Below, one piece after another: positions 1 to 14,252 of a stretch of DNA of 64,000 nt. The first letter of the stretch is position 1. Every line of letters begins with the position of its first letter. The notes under the pieces are model-generated. The model ran no database searches. It saw only the letters and a program-made list of their open reading frames with translations, and was not told where the DNA came from. The position numbers were made by a program, and so were the translations under genes. Origin of the DNA: Sphagnum compactum (Eukaryota); assembly GCA_965153455.1 (NCBI GenBank), contig OZ234493.1, forward strand, positions 32,912,213-32,976,212, in the 5' to 3' direction.

Positions 1-3000
1 GTATTAAAGTTAAATGTTCATTTTTGGAACCCCAGTTTTGAATGAACATAATTATGACTCTTTGATTATTCTAGCAATTGAACCACAAGAACAATCAATC
101 TTCCACACCATGGCCCATGTTTTATTTATAAATATTTTCACAATATTATGGGTGTGGTTGGGTTTCCCCTTGTTTGTGAAAAGGCAGCTGGATTTCTCCC
201 ATGGTTATTATTTTTGGATGGCTCATTGGTTTGGATCCATAAACCCTTGTAAAGACCTTGGTAAAGCTTAGGTGGCATTTAGAAAACCACCCAACATTGA
301 TCTAAACCTTACATTTTGGTTAGTCATTGTTATTAGATTTTTGCAAAACACATACTAGTGGTATATTAGTATTGGCCCAATACCAATTTGGAAAAATACT
401 AAGCTAGTCAAGTTTTTAATAATATTGTTGATATCGTTATTGATATTAAGGGTCATCATATATATTGGACCAACCTTATTATAAAATTTATACATTTGTT
501 GAAATTCATGTATAAATTATGATCACGCAAATGAACATGCCATGACAAAGTTGTGAGAAAAAATTTCAAATTGATGGCAATAGATATTTACAAGATTAAC
601 TTGGGTTGTTAGTTATCACAACTTGTGTTATTCAAATTATATTATAAAGGCCATTGTAATTTTATGGGCTAGTTTTTGGTGATTCTTAAATTTTCTATTG
701 TATTGCTTACCGTTCCTCTTTTGCACAATGATTAAAGTTTGAGGGTTTTATTGCAAAAGGATTTTGAGGTGGGTTTGGAGAGGGAAATAATGCTTTATGA
801 TCTAAGCTTAGGGGTTGAGGGAGTGGAGATTCATTTGAGGAGGGCTCAACCGAATGGTGCATTCAAGTTTTCAACATCTTGTGCATTGACAAGCCACTTT
901 TTAAACGTTTCCATGTCCAAGGGTGTTAAAAAATCTTGGTCAAGAATTATATGTACTAGCGTGAACAATATCATGTAACCATAACTTGTGTGTCTACATT
1001 AAAAATCCATAGGCTAACCAAATGGGTGGTTTCACAAAGAACAATGAACTACTTAGCTATGCACCAACACCTATTTGTAAGAAAAGATTGATGGTATCTT
1101 CCCATTCTACAACTAGTTTTTATTACTATGCATGTAATAATCCATGCACAATTATCATTATGTCATGAAAAATATTATTTCAACTTCCTTAGCAACAATC
1201 CTCAACGATGGGGGATTCATCATACTTACATGAGGGTAAGCAAAGGGCTTTGTAATCATGAACCTTGGTGGCAACCCATGAAATGAATTGGCTTTAAATG
1301 CCTACATATAATTCAAAGTGCCCACATCTTGTTGGACTATAATGTCATATGAGATCTTTGATATTTCCCATTGTTGATTCTCCTCATCATATTTGTCAAA
1401 GCTACTCTCTTTATCATCATCAACTTCATCACCTAACTTGGATTCCATCATTGTTTTTTCAGTGGTAAGTTGATGTTGTGCAAACTTGACTACATTTTAT
1501 TACACTTGTTCAAGTGTGGTCACCATTATCCATAGTTATATTTGCATGCCATTAATGTACACCACTTTTGGCATGATAAACAATGTGTTTTTTTTTTCAA
1601 AAAAATTGACCAAGATCCCCATGGTTTCTCCTCCTTCACAATTTATAGGAATTGAGAAATACACCAAGGTGATGAATTAATCAGGATGTATTGGTCTCAC
1701 ATAAGATTTTGGTATATCATGTTATTTGAAAGTGTATATGTACAATGGGCAAATATAGAGATCTCACAAGTTCTTTCAAATGATCTTTTATTCTCTTTCA
1801 TAAAATAGATCAAGGATTAGATTTGAAATTAGTTCCTCATTGTGAGATATCACAATTGAAGTGAAAACCTTAATCATGAAAAGAGTACATGGTTAGTGCA
1901 ACATGAAAAAAATCACCTTTAAATATGCATGGAGGGTTTGTCTACTAATTCTATTTACTCATTTCAAATCAATTCTTTTGCCTTAAATTAGTTTGCTAAT
2001 CATTTAAGATTTCTCAATCTTCTTTGTCATTACTTGAAGCTTTTATGCATTCAATTAATGTTGATTTAACAATACTTGTGTTTGTAGCTCCACATTTTGT
2101 ACAATTAGGCTGCAAATAATGCTCCATTATTGTCAAAATGGGTTCTATCAAGGATTTGTGTCATTGTCTTCAACATTGTTGTTGTTTTCAATTTTTGGAG
2201 AGCGTGAAATGAAGGGTCAGTGCATTAGCTTCCATAGTTGAGACTTGAAAGTCTTATGTGAATTCTTTTGTAATTCAAACTTTCGCCCAACTTTTGACTA
2301 CCATCTCTTATGCATCCCTTGCACTTGTGTCCAAGCAAAATGGAGCCACCTAAAAATTTGAGGTTTATTCAAGATTTGAAATCAATTTGTGGTTCGTCCA
2401 TCTTGGACTTTTTCTTTGATAAGATCTATAGTTCATGTGTTGAAATTGACCTTGAAATGATGTTTCCGAGGTACTCAAATTATATAATAATTTTTTTAGG
2501 TTGTAGTTTATTAATACAATTAGTAGTGACAAATTTGTGACTTGACGATGTTTGGATGCTCTTGATTGGTCTAGTCAAGAAATTCCTTATTTTTATGAAT
2601 GCTCCAACAATCAATCAATCATAAGTCTAGGTTATGACTTTCTTGTAAGTTGAATTGTTGGATTTGATTATGCAAGTAGGGAAGCAAGATGTTGTGAATA
2701 AATTGCTTTATTGTTTTAGTGTCAACTAGTGATATTGAACTATATGTATTTGATCCCACTTTGGGCTAATGCATATTTTGCCTTTCATTTAAGGGTGGTA
2801 AACATGTGTGGGTAATATTTGTGAATACAATCTATCTAGGAAGTATGTATCTATATGAATTTGAAAATATTATCATAATAAATGTCTTTTCTCTTCCACC
2901 CTTAAAATCAAATGTGTTTTGAACCTTTGATTTCCTAGGTCCTTTTTATTGTTGTTGGAACAAGATCTATCTTGGTTCGGTCATTTTTTACCACAAGGCT

Positions 3001-4887
3001 TGCCAAAAGCTTCCATTAACTATGCCATTTTAAAGGCCATGTTGCGACCTTGTTCATGCCAATTTCTCAACATTGGTAAAATTTTTTGAACTATAAAAGT
3101 AGATAGGGTTATCTAGCACCTCTCATTTTTGTAATGTTGTGACAAGTTCATCTTCGAATGTGGGATATTCATTTAGGACTAAGAGATGTTGCTTCAAATG
3201 TTTTATAGTTGTACCTTGTTGGGTTTTGAAATGTAATTTGACTCGAATTTTCCCTTTGATGTAAATTACCAAGTCCACAAGTTATTTTTAATTAATTTCT
3301 CATAAGAACTTGCAACTCCTAGTTTCTATAAGTAGGTTGCAAATAATGAAGAACATCAAAATTTGTATCAACTTTTTTAATGATTGCCATTTTGGGTGGT
3401 TGTGTTTTCTTGATAAAGAGCCAATCCCACGTAACAAGTGCTTCATATTATCATTGTTTTACTTGTCATAAATTAAAAGATGTTGCATTTTTTGGATGAA
3501 CTTGAATTATGAAAAAAAATTAATTTTTTTGAATTGAATCAAATGAATATTTAAAACCCAAAAGCATTTTTAATGTAGTATAACACATGCTTTTGTTACA
3601 TAATGAACTCCTTGAAAGTTTTCAATGTTTTTCAAATTATGACATATTTATGGGAATTTTAAAAAAATACAACATGACATAATAATATAATGTAACAACC
3701 TTTTTTTTGGGTCATAAAAGTAGAAATAATTTTTATGTTGACATGTAAATAATGAATATAAAAATATTCTCCTTGAATAACCAATCATATTCGACCACAT
3801 CATTTTGATTAAATTATCCACTTCTTATAAGGACTTACCCAAGTGAGCACTTTTAACTTGATTTGCCAAAAATGCACATGAGTGCACATAAAAGTGTTTG
3901 AAACCAAATTGTATATTGTAGTACTTGGTGTTAGTTCAACACTAATTATATTAGTTTTAGAAATGTTGAATTTTTCAAAGAAAAACATTTGAGATTTTTT
4001 TTTTCCTGAATAAAATAAAGAATGGAATGGAATATCTGAAAATATATCCATTGTGAAAATGGAATCCTCAAAATTAATTAATTATTTGACAAATATTTGT
4101 TGAAGTGGCCATGGTACTGTGGAATAGGTATTGCCTTCGACTTTCGATGTTTTTGTCCATCTTGGTTGTTTGCATCTTTCTCTTGCTTGATTTGTCTCTT
4201 AGATTGTAAAGTTAGGATAAAGTTTTTGTAGGTTGACCAACATGGCATTTCTTTACATTCTTTTGCATGGACCCTTCTCGTTGATTGACACTTCCATTGA
4301 ATTGTTCAACCTCTCTCCAAAGCTTGATCTTGTTCTTTACTTGTGATATTGAACTTCAACAAACTAGTGAGCAAATTTTGTTGCAACTTTTCTATCCCCA
4401 TTTTCCACTCTCAAATGCATGTACATCAAAAGAAAGTTTTGCCACAAATATTTATCCTCTACATCTCTCAATTTGAACCTTCCTCAACCTCACTACATAA
4501 TGTGCAAAGCATTGTAGAATGCTCAAGTCAAAATGCGGTGCAAAATATTGAGAAGCAAAAATAAAAAAAACATAGCACATTTTACCAAGTCAATTTTTTA
4601 AAACTGTAATATACGATTCCATACAAAATATCCAACTGAAAATACAGCATCTACATCTGTATGCACACCAAAAAATTTAACATTGTATTATCATTGCAAA
4701 CTGCTCACTACACCACTCTAATCACTCCTCACATGGGAATATGAGTTCTCAGACTTCAATCAGGAGAAGATATGGGGCTAAGTGAACTTACTAGTCATTC
4801 AAAATGCTCAGCTCAGATATAAATATCTCAACCCTGATCATGGAACTGAGCATATACTCGTGTCTGGCTACTAATTTTTGTGAGACT

Positions 4888-7800
4888 CTAGTTTTGTTTT
4901 TCATTGCTGCACTTGGAGTCAGGATCAAGAGTTGCTTCTGGTTCTGTGTCAATGTCAAACAGAATATCAGCAATGGACATATCAGTCAGGGTTAGGCTTG
5001 GAAGTCGCTCCAGTGGCTGGTCCAGATGGTGGAAAACCTCTTTTACGCCATTTGCCAAGCTTGAGTTTTCCATCACATGCTTATTGAGTTCTATTGACAA
5101 ATTCTCCTCAGAGTTGACATCCCTTGCCTTCTCAACCCTGAGATGGGCAGATTGCACATCTGGTGTACTAGATGTGCCACTTGGCATTACTCTGCCTTTT
5201 TTCCGGGGTGATTCTGCAGTCTCCTCTTGAATGGGGTTGTCTATCACGCAAGTAGCACTGGAGTTCTTGGCTGCAGCTTGCCCTGCACATTTAGCTTGAT
5301 TCCTAGTCAGATGCAGATTCTTCTTCCCACGAGCTACCTGCAGAGAGAATCATAAATAAGAGTTTCCATTGTCATCCTTGTAGGCTTTGGCACATATGGT
5401 TTTTTCCCCACAATTTGGTCATCACTCTGTGCCTGATAAACAAGTTAGCATCCACTGATAATACTTTTCATAACAGGAAACTTTCTCAGAGTTCTGCCTG
5501 CTTCTCCCAATTTCAGAGCTACCCAATCCTAGTGACATCATCAAATGTACCTAGAGTTATCAAATCTTGCTCAATGTCTCCTTCAATATGTAAAAATCAA
5601 ATAGAAGCGAGGCTAAAACCATGCTAAATGTAGCCTGGAGGAAAGCAGCACTTCCTCCTCCAAGCTCAAGTACAGACAAGATTGTACAATTGTGATTTGA
5701 TGAACTTGGAATATATCATACACAATTAACACCATTTTAGACTAGTTGGACTGAGAGGCCTTCCAAGGACAGTTTTTTGTTTTGAACTCAGAATGACAGG
5801 GTTAGGGTAAGGGCTCATCACATAGTTGCCTCGTATATTTCTGTACAGGATGAGCAAGTCTCCTTCTTGCAGATAATGCATCTTCACAAACCCACCTGTG
5901 CATCATGACAAGGTCCATCTATTAGTTGGCCCATCCAGCTTCAGGAGCCCAATGAACCAAGAACCAGAATCCTAGGAGACTCAACCCAGTGCATGATCCA
6001 AGCTCAGTAAGATTCATGAAAGTGATCCTCTCTTTCAGGTTGTAAGCAATTTGTTTCCATTGACACCATAAAGCTTACCAATATTCTCTAGCAGGTACAT
6101 GCGACTCTTGTTGTTGGGCCAAAACCTGTGCATAAACCAGTTCATGTAAGCTATGGTATCTCAAGGATTATAGCAACTCCAATGAGCATCAGTTTGTGGA
6201 TTTTAAAAATCCAGAACAGAAATTAAATGTCATACATGTCATTTTGGCACAGAGATGATCAAGATTTGTTACCTGTACCGGAATGTCCACATCTTTCCAG
6301 TGTCAAAATCCTCCATCCCTATGGACAGCCCTTCTCTCATGGCCACCCATGGCAAATGGGTTTCAGCTTCCTTCTGCACCAAGGTGTATATGAGCACATG
6401 GTAAAGCATCTGGACACCTCAAAGCCTTACAGGGTCCAGATGTGCAGTCACATGTGAGCATAAAAGTTGGTGACAACAAGCACTGACCTTGGGTAACACA
6501 ATGCGTCCCAAATTGCTGACATCACTGGGTCTTAACTCTTTTTGTAGAAGAAAAAACAGTGTATCTGTACTCTCAGGCACCTGCACATCACAATTTGAGG
6601 TCACTATGTCAACAGTTCTCAAACTTTTACAAGCTCCACATTAGTTACTCCTTGGCATTATACCTAGCTACTACAGCATTTCTGGTCAATGCAGTCTTCA
6701 CCAAATTACAACTATAGTTCATAGTTGCACCCCAGACAATCTTCAGAAGGACAACCCCACTTCTTGACAACCAAGACTGTCACAAGTTTGTCCCCAACAA
6801 GTACAGAATTCCAGGAATTCTGAAAGTGGGAAATGGGTCAAAAGCAAAACTCGTTTAGCTTTTGCACAACTGTATATATAAGTCTTTGCAACAGCTTCAA
6901 AGGTTGATATGAAGGACTCTTAGAAATGAATTGTCAGTTAGAAAATTGAGGATTTCTCATAATAAGCTGAAGACACAAGTATGTGGTAATATCCAAAAGC
7001 CACAAGTCCTGGAAACTCTAGTGCAGAGACCTGGGCTGATGATGAGGGTTTAGGGTTTAGGATGAGCTGGATGGTTGCAGTGCGGACCTGCTGCTGTCTT
7101 TTGACGACTACAGGGATATCCGCGGGAGGCGTCCGCGTCTTTGCTGCAGTCCCACGAGGCATTGAGGGAACACTAGGCCATGAAGAGCCTGCACGCAGGC
7201 TGCAAACTGCAGCAGGTCCCGTAGGAGATAGCCCCGGCATCGCATTGTGGGTCGCCTGATGTTGTGCGGCAGGGTGCAGTTGCATGGGGCCAGCATTGTG
7301 CCCCCTCTGTCGTGCCATCCTACTCTTGCAAGCCGCTCTCGCGGTGGCATGTGCTGCTCGTGTACTCGCTGCTGCTGCTGCATCCTTGGTTGTCGTCACC
7401 ACTCTCGACCCAACGTGAAGAGCTGCAGCTGCGGGAGTGTAGGCGAACAAGCTGTTCGTGACTGCTGCAGCGTCTAACGCATCCGCAAAAGTAAATGACC
7501 TAAATGCTGCAGGAGTACTAGCGAGAGGTGCAGCAGCACGATGATCACCACGTTGTTGCTGCCATCCGTAGTACTGCTGGTACTGCAGCAAGTCTTGATG
7601 GAACTGAGCCGGCAGCCCTTTCCCCATCGATCCTGCAGTGCGCGTCTTGATCATGCAAAGCTTCTCCAATCCCTGCACAATGGCGCTCGCCTCCGGCGAC
7701 TCCACATACGTCTCCTGGACCCAGAACATTATTCGTCTCATGAGCTCTTTCATGCCCTTGGTGCCTCCTCCACAACTCTCGATGGCTTGGTTGAGTGTCC

Positions 7801-8587
7801 CTTCGTTCACCATGACTTTCCTCAGCATGGCCCGCATGTTAGTGTCCAGGGAGATTCCCGATGTTACGGTCGACGACTCCAACCCTTGCTGATCCTGCAT
7901 GTAACGATTAAAGCTTTCTGCCGCTGCTGCTGCTGCCGCTGCCGCAGTCGACTCATGCCCAGAGCTGCTAGATCTGCTGCAAGTATTTGCGTTGTTGTGG
8001 CTCATGCAGCAGCAGACGTCTGCACTTCTTATACTGGATGTCGAGCCGGAAGTTGCACTAGGGGACTCCGTGCAGGAGATGCACCTCTGTTGTATCTTCT
8101 CGCTGCTCATGGAATTTAATTCCTCATACATCGAGCTGCTGCTTCGCGAAAGCACAGTTGCTGACAAACCATTGCAATTTCTAGCTTGTTGCAATGCAGC
8201 ACTCGCTGTACAAGGCGGAATCGCCATCATATCGACACTCATGGGCTGGGACTCATGCAGGAGCCAAGCGCCAGCCATCAAATCTTCATCGACTTCCGCG
8301 GCATCTGTACTTGAAGAGCGAATGCTCATATTCTCATTGAAACCGGAGGGAAGTTCAGGTTCTGATGCTGCTGCTGCGGCGGCTGTGCCATAACATTTCG
8401 CCAGGCCTTCTTCCGTCATATCTCGCAACAAGCAATCCAGATCTGACCATGCAGGCTGCGAGAGCTGCGGTTCTCTTTTAGAGAGTTCTTGCTGTGGGGC
8501 CAGCTGCTGCTGCTGCTGCTTGGCAGCGCTATATATTCCCGGTCCATGATCATAGATATCACAACCATTCTCGCACTCCTTTGGCAT
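4888..8587 (-). CDS. ABI3: ABI3/VP1-like (LAV family) B3-domain transcription factor, 6 coding exons, ~754 aa
   Basis: Exons, all GT-AG and phase-consistent: 8587-7088, 6580-6488, 6373-6273, 6125-6079, 5895-5822, 5337-4888 (2265 nt, TAG stop). Spliced B3 domain reads [31 protein letters not shown]...[48 protein letters not shown], with the typical LAV intron positions. Exon 1 has a B1-like segment (CGGGTKGMKELMRRIMFWVQ) and a B2-like segment (ATRAACKSRMARQR). An alternative in-frame exon 1 donor exists at 7030, and the start codon is inferred. Confidence 0.93.
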
Positions 8588-9076
8588 CACTTCAGCAAGA
8601 CTTCCTGAATATAAATCCCCTTTAAATTTCGCTTACATGTGCTTTTCTATCAAAGCACAAGATCTGCATCCAAACTCCACATTTAAGCGATAATATAATT
8701 TATACGCATAGCTAGGGTTGCTCAAATTAAGTACTGCTCAGGCTCAATTCCTTAGCTCTTACGTGCTGCAGCCTTGCACAAATCATCAAAAACCATCACA
8801 AAATTCACACGTATATATTAACACAGAGAAAACAACTGATTAGGTCATGATCCATCACATTGAACTCTTCATCTAAAGCAAAGTTCCCAATGGTTGCACA
8901 AGATTCAAAACCATGAATTCAAAACCCAACACATCAATGATGACGACGACGACGATGTAGCCGAGAAAATCCAAATATTTTTAGCAAAAGATGCCATCTA
9001 CAAGAGGATAATTGGGGTAACCCAAATTATCTACAATTAGTGGCGATCACAGCCCATGATCTTGTGGTCATCGTGC

Positions 9077-9107
9077 GCCACGTACGTATCAAGAAACACA
9101 CACGTCA
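9077..9107 (-). promoter_or_regulatory. Paired ABRE-like ACGT elements upstream of the ABI3-like gene
   Basis: Minus strand reads ACGTGGC (9083-9077) and TGACGTG (9107-9101), about 500 bp upstream of the ATG. A G-box CACGTG lies at 9744-9749. Motif match only. Confidence 0.35.
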
Positions 9108-9879
9108 TCCATCAGGAGCGCTCCACCGTTTTTGCAAGCGTCAAGTTGAAAACCCTAAACCTGGAGCCCTTTAATACTCTTCAACCCATTCACGCAAAAG
9201 TGATGAAAATTCACATAATAATGTGTACCAAGAAGCAAACACCGCATGAGAAACCAACAAAGATCATCACAAGGGTTTCTAGATTTGAATGGCTCACAAA
9301 ATTTTGTACTGCAACAACAAGCTTGTATATATAGAATTCTAGATCTGGACATCAAGTAGAAGGAGTAATCATGAAGCTGTTTGTTGTTGTTGTTGTGGAC
9401 GTGGTGGTGATGGTGGTGGTTTTTCTCACAGAGACAAATGATTCCACGAAGCATGTAGACTTGCAACAAGTACGTCTTATCCCCTCGCCGCTGCCGCTTG
9501 TTGAGTCAAGAAGGTATCGGGTTTTATAAAGCACTTATAGTAGGGCTAATCTCAGTGGGCCTTCTTCACTTGTGGCTCTGCTTGTGGGTTGCAACTTGTT
9601 GCAACTGTGGGCAAACTGTTTGTCTCAATGAGGTAATTTTTCATTGCCCAATAATGGCCCTGGCATGGGCACCTGACACTTGGCTGCTAGTTTGTGGGGT
9701 TTGACTCATCACAAACTATTTCAACTCTGGATCAAATGCGGAGCACGTGATTTCACTCTTGGGTTCGCCTAGTATATTGAAGGGAATTTATGATGTGACC
9801 TCAGCTGAGGAAACGAGGGATGGCTTAGATACGAATCCATCTTATATCATCACCTCCCCTCATGTTCAATGATGGCATA

Positions 9880-10447
9880 TGCTGTCTAGAGGTCTTTTAA
9901 CCTTTGTTTGACACATAAGCCCATGTGATGATGGACAGAAAGTCTCGTTCCGAGTGCTTCTTCATTTAGTTTGTTAAGTTCCCCCATCCCTCTGAATCAT
10001 GCCCTTTTTCTATTGAAATTTCATTTCGTGGGCATGTGCTATCTGGAGGTCTTTTAATCTTTGTTTGACACACGAAAGCCCATGTGATGATGGACAAAAG
10101 TCTCGTTCCGAGTGCTTCTTCATTTAGTTTGTTAAGTTCCCCAATCCTTCCGAATCATGCCCTTTTTCTATTGAAATTTCATTTCGTGGGCATGTGTTGT
10201 CTTCTTCATTTAGTTTGTTAAGTTCCCCCATCCCTCCGAATCATGCCTTTTTTCTATTGAAATTTCATTTCGTGGGCATGTGTTGTCTTCTTCATTTAGT
10301 TTGTTAAGTTCCCCCATCCCTATGAATCATGCCCTTTTTCTATTGAAATTTCATTTCGTGGGCATGTGTTGTCTTCTTCATTTAGTTTGTTAAGTTCCCC
10401 CATCCCTACGAATCATGCCCTTTTTCTATTGAAATTTCATTTCGTGG
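9880..10447. repeat. Tandem array: five ~86-bp units, the first two embedded in a 158-bp duplication
   Basis: Anchor TTCATTTAGTTTGTTAAGTTCC recurs at 9961, 10119, 10205, 10291 and 10377 (spacing 158, 86, 86, 86). Copies are near-identical. Confidence 0.95.
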
Positions 10448-10689
10448 TCACCACCTGTGACATGGGTTTCCAATACCTCAATTTGTTGTCCAAATGCAGA
10501 CCATGGAATGTACTAATATCTGATGGAAAACCTTGTAGATGTATATAAACAAGGATGGAAATCCATCCACAAAAAGTACAATGCATGTAGAAGCAAATGT
10601 AAACATATGAAAGAAAAACCAAGACCATCAAAACAATAGTAATGAAGTGGAAGATGTAATGCTAAAAGGGCATCCTTTGTCACAAATCA

Positions 10690-13600
10690 GCTAGTGATGG
10701 AGGTGCACTAACTGGTAAGTGTGGAAGAGATGAAGAATTGTGACTAAGCGTGGCAACCTGTTGAAGAATTGCGATCTGGTTTGTGCACACTGTAAGGCTA
10801 TCAACATTTGTTGGCTATAATGAGATATAAGCATCGAAGGTACCAAGGAGGTCTATTGATGGCGAGCTATACAAGCATGTACACAAGAAATCAGAAAGGA
10901 ATCAATATGAGGATGGATACAACCATAAGTCTCTATGGCAAGGGGAATGAAATCATCTTTTGGCATTCGTTCTGTGTAGGATTATGCCTTGTGTTGAGTG
11001 GCAATTGTTGTTGCATGTGCTATCGTCATCAAAGCACATTGCACCAAATCTAGACAAATCGGATCGATAATGACAACGTCCACCAGAATTCAAAAACTGT
11101 ATCTAGTGATGATAATATCCATTCTCATCTTCATGTGTGGTGGGGGAAAAGGTGAGAAACCTCTTTCTATACGTGGGCTCCACTCTCCGATGCGATAGCT
11201 GCAACGGTATTTTGAAGCGTATCATGGGCTGTAGTGCACTCATTCCTACATGGGCAATGTAGTATATGGATATCCAAATCATCGATGGTATGACCACATT
11301 GGCATTGCGAAAGATGCACAACTGTAAGATGTGGTATACCGAGACGAATATGGAATGTTTTAAAAAAATGGGCGAAAAATAAACGGAATAAAAGGGTGCT
11401 AGGACGAACTAATAATCAAGCCCTTATTGTTGGACCTACACAGGAGCAAAGATGTGTTCGCACGACATCTGAAGGAGCATTTGTTATAAGCGAAGTAAAT
11501 TCATACTCGTGTAGTTGGTCCATCAAAGAAGAATGCATTTGAAAATAGGATTGCATTACTAAATTTTCGAAAAGCAAGACATGTGATCGAACAACCTCAG
11601 CTAACAATGCACTAGTATCCCATAGTGTAACCTAGAAGGGATACATATCGATTTCTACATGTGCCATTGCATCAAGAAGAGTAGGGTGATCATCCTACTA
11701 AAAACGAAAGACTAATGCAGGAACAATCAAAGCCCAAAATCTTAAAAAGGTAGGGCCAACACGTTGGACCATTGAAGGAAGGCCTAGCCCCCCTGAAAAA
11801 GCAAGAAAAATGACTTGATGACGAGCCAAATGGCCCACTATGGTGCCAAAGGATCCTAACCCTAATAGCTTTTCTAACATAACTATGGTATAAACATCAA
11901 ATTTGGTATAACGTTGTAAGATACATGGTGATGGAAATATAGTATGTTGTAAGTAGCTTGGTCGCTGGGCATAACAAAGTGAAAGCATCGCAAAAGTTAC
12001 TTGAAGATTTGGGAGCGTAAGAAGGCTAGCGATCATGTTGAAGTCTTTTTAGAGCGCCTCTAATGTGAAGGATTCCACAAATGGCAAAGAACTCACTAGA
12101 ACACCTAGAATACAAATACTAGACTCAAGTATAAGAAAACTTGGAGGAAGTGATATAAACTGGTCTAACCCTTATGGAGACCAAGCTACACATTTGGTCA
12201 ATTGCATTGAAAGTCCTAATGCTCCAAATTCCTCCTATAATTGTAAAAATATAGGTAACACATCCAAGGCAAGACCAATTATGTGCATATCATCTGCCAA
12301 CGAAGGAAAAACACAAGTAAGGTGGGCTACTGAAGTAGGATGGAGAGTGTGAAGATGAGCTAGTGCAAATGACACTCCTCCCAAATGATCCCCCTACCAT
12401 GTACCAAACTCAAATGAAATGATAGTGAGATCCCCGCGCATAAAAGCCTTCGAGAAATATAGTGGAGATGGGTGTGCATTAAACTGATGAGCAAATGGGA
12501 AAAGTTAATCCAAGGTGCCGGTAGAAGACTGCAACTCTTGAAAAATGGCTATTTAAGATACTGAATTAAACGTGTTTTGAACATTGACCACTTGTAATAC
12601 CACCCATTCCAGATATAGATCCAACATAGCTCTAACCCCATGAACCATTGTTTTGCATTCGCCCAACATTACCAACCCAAATTATTGTGGATTAAAATGC
12701 TCTACAAATGTATTTTTGAACTGAATAGCCAGTGTGTGGACGACTAACCGATAAATCACCTTTATAATCATGATGGGTCAAACATTTCTAGCTTGTTTAT
12801 CCAAAGCCAATAGTCATGATGCAACAAGTAGGTATGATACTGATGGAGGAACATGACCACGAAAGATGTGTCCACATATCTTAGAAAAGAGATTAAAGCC
12901 ACTAGTAGACCCATCATGGATAAAACAATCTTGTAAAAGCTCATACACCATACCCAAAGGATCGTTGGATGAAAGACGTGGAAAACGTTTCAAATTAGAA
13001 ATAAATGCCTTTTTATCCAAAACAAGATTCATTTTTGGATGAAAATCTTCGACAAAAGGGGGGAGGTCAACTTCAGCCAATGGATGAAGATGGTGAAGGG
13101 CCATAATGGTTTCAGCTGATGGGGCTGTAGGAATGTTGGAGGCCAATGCACACACTACTTGAGCATACTCCCCTATATGAGCAAGTGCTTGTGCATGACA
13201 CAATCGTGTTGATGGAAGTGGAGTAGGATCTGGTGCCATGTCTGAAGATCTTTGGGAAGCCAATGCATGTGCTCTAATTGTGTGATTTTCTTGTAATGTC
13301 TCCTAGTCCTTTGCCATGTTTCGATGCAAATAGGCGCATTTGTTGGTGGCCTTTTTCACCAGCTCATGGCATAAATGATAAGCACCAAGAATGGAATAGC
13401 ACAAATGCATGCCAAACTACTATGTCAGATGGATCGACAGCCAACCGAGTTAAAGGGATGTGCAAAACACGTTGAACTTCGACATGGAAAGTATATGGAA
13501 TGTGATCGTATGAGTGGGGATGTGATAAATTAAGATGGAAAACATCGATGATATCTAATGATGCAATCCATGTCCAAGTCGAAGGAGGAAAATGTAATGC

Positions 13601-13978
13601 TAAAGCATCGACACCCTGGAAGTTGATGACTGCCTATGTGCAACGCATGATGTCTGATGACGTGTTAAATTTGCTCTTGCTATGTATAAGCGACCACAAC
13701 TAGGACAAGGAACACATGAGCATTACTGATGGGATGGATGAACCCTTGGTGTAGGTATAAATGATTGAGGAATAGCTTGTGGCTAATGAGGTAGAGAAGG
13801 TGTGGACGAACTAGGTATTAACTGAAGAGACTGGATGAGGCAAAGTAGATGCGCTAGGAATTATTAGGTGAATGGGCAGAGATGTGTCATGACGATCCAT
13901 ATAAGTCATCATGATATTGGAATTTTGCTATGATACGCATCGATGTTTTGCTGATGGTGAAATGGCTGGGCCTGCCAT
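10690..13978 (-). mobile_element. Decayed CRE-like non-LTR retrotransposon (single ORF: RT + zinc knuckle + restriction-like endonuclease)
   Basis: Minus-strand remnants in the expected order: N-terminal CPSCGR (~13700), RT motif GTW*GDHLGGVSFAL (~12400), LADD (12300-12289), SGGLGL (~11790), CQCGHTIDDLDIHILHC...AHD (~11300-11220), RMDII...LVDVVIIDP (~11125-11060), FIPLAIETYG (~10950). Many stops and frameshifts. Clade assignment is from remembered motifs. Confidence 0.8.
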
Positions 13979-14127
13979 AATTATACACACTAACTAATGA
14001 AGCCTTATGAATAGCTTCTTGAACTATTACTACCCCAAATATATATCAAATGTACCAAGGTGGAACCCGGAATTGGACTAAAACTATGTGTCTATGATTT
14101 TCAAAATTAGGATTGGAATTTGAATTT

Positions 14128-14252
14128 TGTGAAGAACTAGACCCGAAACAATTCTAGTGGAACTCGAACACTACCTCATGTGTGAAGAACTAGATTTAAA
14201 ACAATTCTAGTGGAACTTAAACACTACATCATGTGTGAAGAACTAGACTCGG
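14128..14252. repeat. 53-bp tandem repeat (~2.4 copies) just 5' of the retrotransposon ORF
   Basis: TGTGAAGAACTAGA occurs at 14128, 14181 and 14234. Confidence 0.85.

Noticed and set aside
1..4500. Possible decayed retroelement or gene
   Set aside because: Only short ORFs, and no motif I could identify on either strand.
6938..7087. C-terminal tail of the 550-aa ORF as a single-exon gene
   Set aside because: This is read-through into intron 1. Splicing at 7088 joins the B3 exons in frame.
7062..8393. Several plus-strand ORFs of 65-192 aa
   Set aside because: Antisense shadows of the GC-rich ABI3 exon 1 with no recognisable domain.
9957..10447. Regularly spaced repeats resembling a CRISPR array
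   Set aside because: Units are contiguous 86-bp near-identical copies with no unique spacers, there are no cas genes, and the context is eukaryotic.
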